In this document: positions 29,868 to 39,305 of the stretch, in pieces | How the letters are laid out: each line of letters starts with the position of its first letter | How positions within the stretch are numbered: position 1 is the first letter of the stretch | Source: Thermodesulfobacteriota bacterium | GTDB lineage: Bacteria > Desulfobacterota > Desulfobacteria > Desulfobacterales > C00003060 | Reading direction: 5' to 3' | Length of the DNA: 64,000 nucleotides | Assembly (NCBI GenBank): GCA_034189385.1 | Contig: JAXHVD010000005.1 | Coordinates: 64,001-128,000 of the forward strand | Notes under the pieces: generated by a model | Told to the model about the DNA's origin: nothing | Database searches by the model: none | What the model saw: only the letters and a program-made list of their open reading frames with translations | Translations under genes and position numbers: made by a program

Positions 29868-29960
29868 GCTGCCGAAATGGATGTTCGGGGGTGCCCTAGG
29901 TGCTGAAGTAGTGCTTGAAGTAGTGCTTTTGATAGTCCTCAATGAAGGAGACATTGATAG

Positions 29961-30308
29961 ATGAGAAAACTATCGCCTGAAGAGGCAGAGAGAAAGAAAT
30001 TCATTTTTGACAGCATGTCCCCCAGGCGGCAGAAGCACATTCTTAAGAGAGAAGGCTATGACGAGTGGGACCCCTTTATTGAGCCAAAAGAGCCGATCGA
30101 TATACGGACCGACAAATCAAAACGGACGGCCATTCAACTGGCCAGGGAGTTTTTGGCCAGCTGGAGTCACGAGGACTACAGCAACGCCTTCGGGCAAGGG
30201 GCCTGGGAAATCTGCCTTGGGTTGATGAATGATGATGATCGCTTTAAAGGGATGTATGAGTTTTCCTGCTGGTATCGCGACCACCTGAAGAAGGAAGGGC
30301 TGGAGTGA
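29961..30308 (+). CDS. Hypothetical protein
   Basis: Clean ORF with GAAGGAG RBS in operon context. Confidence 0.75.
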   Translation: MRKLSPEEAERKKFIFDSMSPRRQKHILKREGYDEWDPFIEPKEPIDIRTDKSKRTAIQLAREFLASWSHEDYSNAFGQGAWEICLGLMNDDDRFKGMYEFSCWYRDHLKKEGLE

Positions 30309-30366
30309 GAAGGCAGCAACCTTCAAGGCATTCCAGATTCAAGAAAGGCCTTTCTGGTTCAGTCTT

Positions 30367-32694
30367 ATGTCTGTCAATTTCCTCTTCGTTCACGTCAACT
30401 TGTTAGCCCCCATTGAGTCTCCGGACACCATCCCCATATCTGAGGCTACTATTCTGGCCCACCTGAAGGATCACGGGTTCTCTGGTCAGATCTTGGGAGA
30501 TTTCCTAAATCGTCCCCTGAAACCTCACCTTTTGGGCAGGGCCATCCACACCCACGAGCCCCTTGCCGTGGGCTTTACCGCATATCAGGAGAATATAGAA
30601 CAGATAAGACTTTGGGCCAGATTTGCCAAGAAGATGTCGCCACATATCAAAATTATCCTTGGAGGACCCCAGGTCACCTTCATGCCTGCTCAGGCCCTAG
30701 GGCATATGCCGGAGGTGGATTTTCTTTGCAGGGGCGAAGGCGAGGAGGTGATGTTGGGCCTCGCCCGGGCCCTGAGCCGAGGGACAGACCCTGCTGGGGT
30801 GCCTGGGTTGTGCTTTTTTCAGGAAGGGAAGGTGGTGGAGACTGGCCCGGCCCACGGTGCCAAGGACTTGGATACCTATGCCTCCCCTTATCTCACGGAC
30901 CTCGTCGACCTGGCGCAAAAGGAACGGGTCGTGATGCTCACATCAAGGGGGTGCTCCTACAATTGCGCCTTTTGTTATACCCCGAAAGCCTGCGGCAAGA
31001 AAGTGAGATTCTACTCCATAGAGCGGATTATTGATGAGATGCAATATGTCAAATCCAAAGGGGTCAGGGCCTTTTGGTTTGCCGACCCCAATTTTTCTTT
31101 TTCCCGCAAGCGCTTGGAGGCACTGTTGGAGGCCATTATCACAAAGGTGCCAGGCATTACTTTCTGGTGTCAGACAAGGTACGACCTTGTTGACCGTGAG
31201 CTCTTGTCGCTGCTCAAGCGCGCCGGTGCTGATAATTTGGCATACGGATTGGAGTCGGCAAACCCCGGAGTCCTTGAGCGCATTAACAAAGGCATTGACC
31301 TTGAGCGTCTGTCAGAGGTCGTCCGCTTGACCCAAGAGGCCGGCATCCAGGTGGAGCTCTTTAGCATGTTTGGTCTTCCAGGGGAGACCTTTGACCAGGC
31401 ATTGAACACGCTGTCTTTTGTGAAAGAAAACGGGGTGGCCATAGACGGCAACTCTATATCCCAGCAAGCCCATCTCTTCTTTGGGACGCCCATGAATGAC
31501 AGCCCCGAGGCCTTTGGACTGCGCCCCTTCCCATGGGCACGCCCTGCCTACCTGAGCGTGTGCAGGGATTATGAGACCGACACCATGTCGGCAGACGAGA
31601 TTAAACAGATCAGTTTGATCTGGCGACTGAATCGTAGCGACTTTGCGGAAGACGTGCAAAGCGGAAGAAACCTGTTTCACAGGGCATCCTTTGTTACCCA
31701 AAATCAGAAGGCCTTGGCTCAGCGGCCTGAAGCTGCTTGCTTGCTTGCTCGGATATATCTCGGCCTTGAAGAATATAGAGCAGCCTTGGATTGCATGGAG
31801 AGATTGAACAAGGCTTTTCCTCAGGATCGTGCAACAGAATCGCTCCTGCAAGGGCCTTTCTTGTGCTTCAAGGTGACTCATGAGAGATCACGCCCCGGGT
31901 GTAAGGTCATCTACGACTGTCATGGTTCTATTGGTGGCAAGCCCGTGCCTGAAACGTGCGCAAGGTTTCAGGAGGCCATTCTTGGTGAAGGGGCACTTCT
32001 GCTGGCCTTTGAAAGGGAGCTTGCGGGGATGGGCCGAGGAGAAGAGAGAGAATTTGACATCACTTTCCCGGAAGGCTACGGACAGCCGCAGCTTGCCGGC
32101 GAGGCCGTTACGTTTCGTGTGTATTTGCATCATGTTTTAGAACCAATAACGGTGGAAAGATATGAAGACCTTGACGGAAGGGTGTCGGCCAATGAATATA
32201 CCTTGGCAGACAGTGAAGGGCTGCAACAATACAACATCAATCTATACTACAAGGTCCTTGGTGGGGCTGTTAGGAGAGGGTGGAAACCTCCCATGGCCGA
32301 TTGCCTCATGCTCATGAATCTGTTCCTTACGTTGGGGTTCGTGGATCGGGCCGCAGCGCTTATTGAAGACCTTCCTCAAAACCCCGTGGCCCTGTCCCAC
32401 GGAGCCCACATCTTTGCCGTGAATGGTCAACCTGAGAAGGCCCTGGAGCTTTTGGACAGGGCAGGTAACGATGGGCCTAGGGGGCCTTTGATCCGGGCCC
32501 AAGCGTTATTTGATCTAGATAGGTTCGAGGAAGCAGAGGCACTGGTGAAAGACATGAAAAACCTCAACGATATCCAGCTCACAGGCCTTCAAGTGGAGCT
32601 TGCCTCCAGGCTATGCCTTCCCATGGAGACGCTGCTTGAGAGAAAAGAGCGTCTCCTCGATGCAAAAATGCAGGCCCTTCTTCAAACGAGGTGA
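30367..32694 (+). CDS. B12-binding radical SAM protein with trigger-factor-like FKBP domain and TPR-like repeats
   Basis: B12 domain (IILGGPQVT, RGEGE), RGCSYNCAFC, GLES; then LAGMGRGEEREFDITFPEGYGQPQLAGEAVTFRV; helical repeats. Confidence 0.85.
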   Translation: MSVNFLFVHVNLLAPIESPDTIPISEATILAHLKDHGFSGQILGDFLNRPLKPHLLGRAIHTHEPLAVGFTAYQENIEQIRLWARFAKKMSPHIKIILGGPQVTFMPAQALGHMPEVDFLCRGEGEEVMLGLARALSRGTDPAGVPGLCFFQEGKVVETGPAHGAKDLDTYASPYLTDLVDLAQKERVVMLTSRGCSYNCAFCYTPKACGKKVRFYSIERIIDEMQYVKSKGVRAFWFADPNFSFSRKRLEALLEAIITKVPGITFWCQTRYDLVDRELLSLLKRAGADNLAYGLESANPGVLERINKGIDLERLSEVVRLTQEAGIQVELFSMFGLPGETFDQALNTLSFVKENGVAIDGNSISQQAHLFFGTPMNDSPEAFGLRPFPWARPAYLSVCRDYETDTMSADEIKQISLIWRLNRSDFAEDVQSGRNLFHRASFVTQNQKALAQRPEAACLLARIYLGLEEYRAALDCMERLNKAFPQDRATESLLQGPFLCFKVTHERSRPGCKVIYDCHGSIGGKPVPETCARFQEAILGEGALLLAFERELAGMGRGEEREFDITFPEGYGQPQLAGEAVTFRVYLHHVLEPITVERYEDLDGRVSANEYTLADSEGLQQYNINLYYKVLGGAVRRGWKPPMADCLMLMNLFLTLGFVDRAAALIEDLPQNPVALSHGAHIFAVNGQPEKALELLDRAGNDGPRGPLIRAQALFDLDRFEEAEALVKDMKNLNDIQLTGLQVELASRLCLPMETLLERKERLLDAKMQALLQTR

Positions 32695-32725
32695 TAGGTG
32701 CCGCTTAGTCATTTGGAAGGACCCT

Positions 32726-33544
32726 ATGGCCAGCGAAATAGAAGAGAGAGTATACAAAGCGGTCTGTGAATCGAACAGGAAACTCACCCCCCGTGAGGTA
32801 GAGCTCGCCTGCGTAAAAGAGATCGGAACTGACAGACAAAGGGTAAAACAGGCCGTTAGGGCGTTGGTGAAGCAGGGGGCCCTGAGCTACACCTATGTCT
32901 ATGGTACCAGTTTCCTGGAGCCCTCTTTTGACAGGCCTGTGAGGGTTTCCAAGCGGATCGTCCTGAAGCCCCCTCAGAAGCGGTATGAACCACTCCCGGG
33001 AGAGGTGGTGATGGACATTGCAGGGGGAGCTGCCTTTGGAAACGGGGCCCATCCGACCACGTGCCTGGCCCTACAGGCTATAGATGGTGCCCTAGACGAT
33101 GCTTTTTCCTCAACAAGAAAGGGGCCTTTTACTGGGCTGGATCTTGGGACAGGCACAGGGATCTTGGCCATTGCACTGGCAAAACTGGGTGTTGAAAGGG
33201 TCCTTGGCCTTGATATCGACCCCTGTGCGGTGTCTGAGGCCAGACACAATGTTTCTTTAAATGGGCTTTCGGAACAGGTTACGGTAGCGAACACTCCCTT
33301 GCACAAGGTGGCTTCAAGTTTTTCTGTCATTGCGGCCAATCTGGCCTATCCAACCCTTGCGGGCTTCTGCGCCCGGCTATCAGAGAAGTTGGAGGCAGGG
33401 GGCATCCTGGTCCTTTCAGGGTTTAAGGGGGCTGCGGCCAAAGACCTTAAAAGAGCCTATTCAGAACAGGGTTTGAGATTGATTCGAGAAGAGACCGATC
33501 GTCAGTGGGTCGGCCTGGTGCTAGGCAAACCAGAAAGGCCTTGA
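32726..33544 (+). CDS. PrmA-like SAM-dependent protein methyltransferase with an atypical N-terminal domain
   Basis: AFGNGAHPTT, LDLGTGTGILAI, DIDP, ANL, LVLSG. Confidence 0.85.
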   Translation: MASEIEERVYKAVCESNRKLTPREVELACVKEIGTDRQRVKQAVRALVKQGALSYTYVYGTSFLEPSFDRPVRVSKRIVLKPPQKRYEPLPGEVVMDIAGGAAFGNGAHPTTCLALQAIDGALDDAFSSTRKGPFTGLDLGTGTGILAIALAKLGVERVLGLDIDPCAVSEARHNVSLNGLSEQVTVANTPLHKVASSFSVIAANLAYPTLAGFCARLSEKLEAGGILVLSGFKGAAAKDLKRAYSEQGLRLIREETDRQWVGLVLGKPERP

Positions 33545-33578
33545 AGCCGGCGCAGGATGTGAGAGAACGACGCACCTC

Positions 33579-34889
33579 TCATGAAAAAAAGCTCCCCATG
33601 ATCCTGCTGAATGCCTCTCCCTGCTGGGGGGCCGAGGGTTTCGTCTCCTTTGATATGAGGATGTCTCTTCTCAGGAAGGGCAAAAAGTCTGACACCTTTG
33701 GGATGATGACCCTTACGGCTGGAAAAGCCAACACCGGATGGGTATGATCTAGGATGATACATTCAGTGTTAAGCTGTGTGCATATCCTTTTGACTTCTTC
33801 AATTTCGCTAAGCATGTCTTTGATCTCAATAGGTTTACAGGTGGTCCTGTCTCCTTGTTCAAGAAAGGAGATGTCCTTCAAGGAAACACCGCATCTCATC
33901 AACATATAAAGATCCCTGATGCGGGATCTGTGAACTACTGGTCGATCGAACTGCGGACGCGGTGCTCGGAGTGTCTCTCGGCCTTGAACACCTTCTAAAA
34001 GGCATCTTCTCAACCCTTCCCATGAATGGAAAGATGCGCCGGCTATGAGCATTCTATGTTCCAATCGGTCAGGGCGCAGATTGTGGTTGATAAACAGGAC
34101 GCCTATGCTGGGAAGGAGTCCATTGAAAGAAAGGTCTTTGATCATGATAGCAACATTGCTCTTTTGGTAGAGCTCGATCATATCCTTTATAAGCGGGTCG
34201 TCCACCGAGTCCAGTTCTATCGTGGGCACGGTTTTTTCAGGTTTGATGATTTGTATTTGGGCGTGACGTTCAAATATCTCACATGAGGCCTGGATGATGG
34301 CCTCTTCAATGGTATTTCCCGCTGCCATCCCATTGGAACCATGGATATAGGCGATGAAATGGACTGGCACTTTTACGATCTTTTCGCTGATGATTGAAAA
34401 CCCGTCTACCCAGTCCCTGGCCATTCTGCTGTTCTTAATCTCTTCAATGTCTTTCTCTGTCAGGTGACGCTCGGCTGCCAGCAGGTCCTCTATTTTCAAA
34501 GGATTCTCCAAATCATCCTGATGGGCATGGACGTATCCCTCCATCCATTCGTAATTCAGAAATCGGTTGGTTTCCTGATTGTAGAGGCCGGGTGCGTTAA
34601 CCCTCACCTGTTCCTCAAAAACCGGATAGAACAGACCAGCGCTGAAACGTTCTGCCAGTTCGGCGTGTGCACTGGCCTCTGCCAGCTCTGGAGTAGTGCC
34701 TTTTCCCTCACAGACGATCCTCATGGAATCAATCCATACACGGCCCCAATGCATATTGTTCGAGATGCCGAAAGGGGAGTATTCCGTGTAGAGCTCCAGT
34801 TTCTGTAAACCGTCCTTAATTCTACTAACCGTGTTGGACGGAAGATCACACTTGCCGTATTCATTTCTGATGTCGTTTTGAAACTCCAT
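33579..34889 (-). CDS. Second YcaO-like family protein
   Basis: EGKGTT...ASAHAELAERF and GSNGMAAGNTIEEA..QA.CEIFERH; VRVIIP. Confidence 0.88.
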   Translation of the reverse strand: MEFQNDIRNEYGKCDLPSNTVSRIKDGLQKLELYTEYSPFGISNNMHWGRVWIDSMRIVCEGKGTTPELAEASAHAELAERFSAGLFYPVFEEQVRVNAPGLYNQETNRFLNYEWMEGYVHAHQDDLENPLKIEDLLAAERHLTEKDIEEIKNSRMARDWVDGFSIISEKIVKVPVHFIAYIHGSNGMAAGNTIEEAIIQASCEIFERHAQIQIIKPEKTVPTIELDSVDDPLIKDMIELYQKSNVAIMIKDLSFNGLLPSIGVLFINHNLRPDRLEHRMLIAGASFHSWEGLRRCLLEGVQGRETLRAPRPQFDRPVVHRSRIRDLYMLMRCGVSLKDISFLEQGDRTTCKPIEIKDMLSEIEEVKRICTQLNTECIILDHTHPVLAFPAVRVIIPKVSDFLPFLRRDILISKETKPSAPQQGEAFSRIMGSFFS

Positions 34890-35248
34890 TCGACCTGTTT
34901 CTCCCAAGTTATGATGATAGAGAAGGCATTTTTTGAGGGAAGAATATAAAAAGAGAGGGCCTAGTGTGTCAAGGTTTGGATATCGAGCTGTGGACCCATC
35001 TGTTTTCACGGGTGGGCAACCGCTCTTGACAGGGGATGATGGTTTATAATATACGACATTGATGTTTTTAGGGCAGCATGCTGGCGGCGTACACAATAAG
35101 TCTTTTTGAACGAAAGGGGGGGTGCGCGTTTCGGTCAGGAAGCATGTCTTAAGAAGGTTCCCACTCGAGGTCAGGGGGGGGTGTTTTTTGGGGGCGGTCT
35201 AACCGCACATATCAAGTCAAGAAGCTGTTAGTAACAGGAGGTGTCTAA

Positions 35249-35581
35249 ATGGCGGACTATTACATCAATGTCTTTTTGGATGGGGACAAACTCAAGCAGG
35301 TCGAGGATGCTGGATTGGCAGATCAGGTTCAGGAAATAGATGGCAAAAAGGCCGTTCAAGTGGTTGTTAACAGAAAGGAACAAAAGAAACTTGCGAAAGG
35401 GTTTCCAGATATGTCCTTTGACGCTTCAAATGCCTGCGTGCTTCCTGAAGAAGCGGAGAAGACCTTGATGGGTTTTATAACGGAAAACAAGTCCTTGGAT
35501 GTGATGAAGTTTGCGATTCTGAAGCTATACAACCCTCTTGCCGGAAGGGGCATCTCTGGAAGGGGGACGGGGGGGCGCTAG
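35249..35581 (+). CDS. Hypothetical protein with Gly/Arg-rich C-terminal tail
   Basis: Strong RBS CAGGAGG; clean ORF. Confidence 0.8.
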   Translation: MADYYINVFLDGDKLKQVEDAGLADQVQEIDGKKAVQVVVNRKEQKKLAKGFPDMSFDASNACVLPEEAEKTLMGFITENKSLDVMKFAILKLYNPLAGRGISGRGTGGR

Positions 35582-35772
35582 TAATAGACAAGAACGCCCT
35601 TTTTCAAACAACATGCCGTTCAGAGAGGGAATGGGCCCGTCTACCCATTCCCTCTCTTATTCCGATGGGTTCTGACCCGGCAAGGGTGTCAAGCGGCCAC
35701 TTGGATTTCTTGGCACCAAAAACAGAAACGTCGTTAGTGAACGACTGAAGACTCAACGGTTCAAAAAGGAAC

Positions 35773-36399
35773 GTGATGAAAAAGCCGAAGACTACGAGAG
35801 AATACATTGAAGACCAGGTGCGGACCTTGGTTAGCACCCCTGAGTGTGGAACGACGCACTACAACCTTGCCGTGGGGCTGATTGCAGAGGGAAGGTGGGA
35901 TGAGGCCAGGGAGGAACTCCTGGCTGCCGTCAATGAATGCCCCACTTTGGGAGAGGCTTACGTGGCCCTAGGTGGCCTTTCTTTGCGCAAGGGAGATCTG
36001 GACGCCTGTATCCACTTTAATCAGCGGGCCATTGCGGTGAGGCCGAAGTTTGCCCAGCCCTATGGAAATCTTGGTTTTGTCTATGTACAAAAGGGTGATC
36101 CAGAGACGGCCGTTGATTTCCTGGAAAAAGCGGTCTCCATTAACCCCATGTTCATTCAGGCGTACAGCACCTTGGCCAGTGCCTACTTTATGCTGGGCCG
36201 ACTGGATGAATCGATTGCAGTCGCCAACAAGGCGTTGGAGCTTGATTCCACCTTTCCCGTTGCTCATAACAACCTGGCCCTGGCTTATTTTGAGAAAAAG
36301 GCCTACAAAGAGGCTATCGAGCATTGCGACAAGGCCCTGTCTGGAGGATTTCAGGTTGAGCCGAAGTTCTTAAAGGAGTTGGAGCCTCATCGGCAGTGA
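35773..36399 (+). CDS. Tetratricopeptide repeat protein
   Basis: Repeated AY.NLG / AHNNLA TPR units. Confidence 0.9.
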   Translation: MMKKPKTTREYIEDQVRTLVSTPECGTTHYNLAVGLIAEGRWDEAREELLAAVNECPTLGEAYVALGGLSLRKGDLDACIHFNQRAIAVRPKFAQPYGNLGFVYVQKGDPETAVDFLEKAVSINPMFIQAYSTLASAYFMLGRLDESIAVANKALELDSTFPVAHNNLALAYFEKKAYKEAIEHCDKALSGGFQVEPKFLKELEPHRQ

Positions 36400-36426
36400 T
36401 GGGCCTTTTGTCCAACGGTTTCCGAC

Positions 36427-37680
36427 TTGATTTCGGATATCCATTATCCACCTCTATGCCCTACTGATAAGGGCATCTTGCAGTCTTTGACTATCGCCCA
36501 CCAACCCAACATCAAGTACCTGCTCCCTTCCCCTGAAGGATACGTGCCAGCTGATGCGTCTTTGTGCCAGACTCCCATGCGTCTGACCCGTTGTGAGGCC
36601 CGCCCGTCCCATGGCCCTGCCTTCACATATGGTGCCTATTTCAAAGCGATTCGAGACGTCATTTCCAAAGATGGCCACAAGCTGCTGGTCCACGCTACAG
36701 AGAGGCGACTGGCAAGGAAGGTCCTGCTCTCTGATATGGAAGCGGTCCTCATTTATGGGGAAAAGCACGGGAGTGACTACCATCCGGCCAGGATCGAGGT
36801 ATGGGCGCAAGGCGCCTGCGTCTCTTTTGTCATGAACGTGGCTGTTTCGGCAAGGGGAAAGGTGCGGCTGTGTCACGAGTATGATGTCTTGCGGCACCTT
36901 GACAGGAAATTTGTTTTTTCCTTTTTGCCGCATCCTTATTTTTACGGAGAGGCCTCCTGTCATGGGGGCCACGATGGAGAGACAGATACATTAATGACCA
37001 TGTTTTTGGCAGACTGGTTTGAGGGGTATCACGAGTTCCACCTTTCCATGGACAAGGCGACTGGTTCCCAAAGGCTGGTGATGTGGGATGCGGACAAGGG
37101 CAACCCATCCCTTTCACGCCAACAGGCCTGGGAGCTATACCGTCAGGGGGCCATGATTCTTACCCTCTATTACGACATCGAGACCTTCGAACAGATCTTC
37201 CCCTGGCATCATGCCGCCGGAGACTTCGTGGTCAGGGCAGAGGACGATGGCCTTGACATGAAGCTGGTGACGGCAAGGCAATATGGCCCTATGGTGGACC
37301 CCTGCCAAGGGGTTTCAGCCTATGAGGCATTACTCCTTTTCTTGTTGAACCTGTCCATGAGGATGCGGCTGGACCGTCTGGATGGTGTGGGCGCTGTGGC
37401 TTGGGCAGACAGCGAGTGCGTGGGCGCCATCGTGAAGGGCTTTGTGGATGGACTCAGGATGAAGGAGCAAGAAGGGATGATTCCCAGGGGTTTTGTAAAT
37501 GCCTTCCTCCGACAATGCGCTTCCTTTGCCAGACGCCACCTATCAGAGAGGTTCCATGCCCTTGTGGATGCCTGTGATCCAGGGGCTCCAGATATGCCTG
37601 TTATTAGACGGTGCCTGGGAAGGCATATCCAAGAGTGCCATTTGACCCTTCAAGAAGAATCCAAGAGCCAGTTGGCATAA
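36427..37680 (+). CDS. Hypothetical protein, possibly kinase-like fold (start uncertain)
   Basis: Long ORF; HHAAGDFVV...MKLVTAR loosely resembles the catalytic-loop region of kinase-like folds. Confidence 0.65.
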   Translation: MISDIHYPPLCPTDKGILQSLTIAHQPNIKYLLPSPEGYVPADASLCQTPMRLTRCEARPSHGPAFTYGAYFKAIRDVISKDGHKLLVHATERRLARKVLLSDMEAVLIYGEKHGSDYHPARIEVWAQGACVSFVMNVAVSARGKVRLCHEYDVLRHLDRKFVFSFLPHPYFYGEASCHGGHDGETDTLMTMFLADWFEGYHEFHLSMDKATGSQRLVMWDADKGNPSLSRQQAWELYRQGAMILTLYYDIETFEQIFPWHHAAGDFVVRAEDDGLDMKLVTARQYGPMVDPCQGVSAYEALLLFLLNLSMRMRLDRLDGVGAVAWADSECVGAIVKGFVDGLRMKEQEGMIPRGFVNAFLRQCASFARRHLSERFHALVDACDPGAPDMPVIRRCLGRHIQECHLTLQEESKSQLA

Positions 37681-37748
37681 ACGGGTTGCCCCTTGCCAAC
37701 GCCCTCTCGTGCAAGAAAAAACAACCCGGCCAGGCAAGGTTTTTTTTG

Positions 37749-37777
37749 TTGACAAAACGCACGAATAAGTCTATAGG
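37749..37777 (+). promoter_or_regulatory. Sigma70-type promoter for dsrAB
   Basis: TTGACA-N17-TATAGG. Confidence 0.55.
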
Positions 37778-37971
37778 CTGGGGCTGCACAAGCGTCTTTT
37801 CATCCTTAAGTTTGCGACATTCCTTTAACACACTAACACCCATTTTTCTCTGCGCCGGCGGTTGCGTTGCACAGGGATCATCGGACATGGAGAGGAGGTG
37901 AGGAGCGACATCCTTGTAATCGGAAGCGAGCTACAGAGAGATTTCTCAAATAATGAAATGGAGGTGGAATA

Positions 37972-39294
37972 ATGGTTGAGTTCAAACACAAAACTCCCAT
38001 GATTGATCAGCTGGAAACTGGGCCTTGGACGAGCTTTGTCTCAGACATCAAGCGCGAACACGAGTCCAGGATGAACAACGAAAAAGGGATCGATTACCAG
38101 TTTGACCAGGATTGTTGCGATGACCTCTTGGGTGTATTGGAGTTATCCTATGAGCACGGCAGGACCCACTGGAAGCACGGCGGCATCGTGGGCGTGTTCG
38201 GATATGGCGGCGGCGTCATCGGCCGGTATTGCGACCAGCCTGAGATGTTTCCAAGTGTGGCCCACTTTCATACCATGCGTGTGAATCAACCCATGGGGCA
38301 CTACTACACCACGGAGTACTTGGAGCAGCTCATGGACCTGTGGGAAAGACGCGGCAGCGGTATTACCAATATGCACGGTTCCACAGGGGACATCATCTTT
38401 CTCGGGACAAGCACGCCCCAGTTGGAAGAGGTCTTCTATGAATTGACCCACAACATCAACCAGGACCTGGGTGGTTCAGGGTCGAACCTGCGGACCCCCT
38501 CTGACTGCATGGGTCAGTCCATGTGCGAGTGGGCCTGCTACGACACGCAGGAGATCTGTTATCAGCTTACCATGGAGTATCAGGACGAGCTGCACAGGCC
38601 GGCCTTCCCATACAAGTTCAAGTTCAAGTTTGACGGATGCCCCAACTGCTGCGTGGCTTCCATTGCCCGATCTGACCTCTCCTTTATCGGCACCTGGCGC
38701 GATGAGATCCGTATCGACCAGGAGGCGGTCAAGGCCTATGTAGGCGGTGATTTAGTGCCTGGCGGCGGTGACCATGCGGGTCGCGATTGGGGCGCCTTTG
38801 ACATCGAAAAAGAGGTGATCGATATTTGTCCCACTCAGTGTATGCGATGGGACGGCAGCAAGCTTGAGATCAATAACCCTGAGTGCACCCGGTGCATGCA
38901 CTGCCTCAGCGTCATGCCCAGGGCCCTTCGAATAGGAAATGATAGGGGCTGTTCCATCTTGGCCGGCGCCAAGGCCCCCATCCTGGATGGGGCCCAGATG
39001 GCTACACTGATTGTACCGTTTATCAAGGTTGAACCGCCCTATGATGAGATCAAGGAGACAGTCGTCGAGCCCATCTGGGATTGGTGGATGGAAGAGGGCA
39101 AGAACCGCGAGCGCCTTGGTGAGTTGATTAAACGGCAAGGGATGCAGAAGCTTTGCGAGGTCACCGGTTTCAAGGCCATCCCCCAGATGGTCCAGGAGCC
39201 TCGATCCAATCCGTACGTCTTCTGGAAAGAGGAAGAAGTACCTGGCGGATGGAAGCGCGATATTAACGAATTCAGGAAGTATCATCAGAGATAG
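37972..39294 (+). CDS. dsrA: Dissimilatory sulfite reductase alpha subunit
   Basis: [50 protein letters not shown]. Confidence 0.99.
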   Translation: MVEFKHKTPMIDQLETGPWTSFVSDIKREHESRMNNEKGIDYQFDQDCCDDLLGVLELSYEHGRTHWKHGGIVGVFGYGGGVIGRYCDQPEMFPSVAHFHTMRVNQPMGHYYTTEYLEQLMDLWERRGSGITNMHGSTGDIIFLGTSTPQLEEVFYELTHNINQDLGGSGSNLRTPSDCMGQSMCEWACYDTQEICYQLTMEYQDELHRPAFPYKFKFKFDGCPNCCVASIARSDLSFIGTWRDEIRIDQEAVKAYVGGDLVPGGGDHAGRDWGAFDIEKEVIDICPTQCMRWDGSKLEINNPECTRCMHCLSVMPRALRIGNDRGCSILAGAKAPILDGAQMATLIVPFIKVEPPYDEIKETVVEPIWDWWMEEGKNRERLGELIKRQGMQKLCEVTGFKAIPQMVQEPRSNPYVFWKEEEVPGGWKRDINEFRKYHQR

Positions 39295-39305
39295 GGGGTG
39301 AAACC

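Noticed and set aside
29904..29927. Tandem 12-mer tgaagtagtgct x2
   Set aside because: Only two copies with no spacer; probably a slippage duplication, not CRISPR
35026..35050. TTGACA...TATAAT consensus promoter
   Set aside because: Spacer is only 13 nt, too short for sigma70
37745..37765. Rex operator at the dsrA promoter
   Set aside because: Only one convincing half-site (CACGAA); not supportable without a matrix scan
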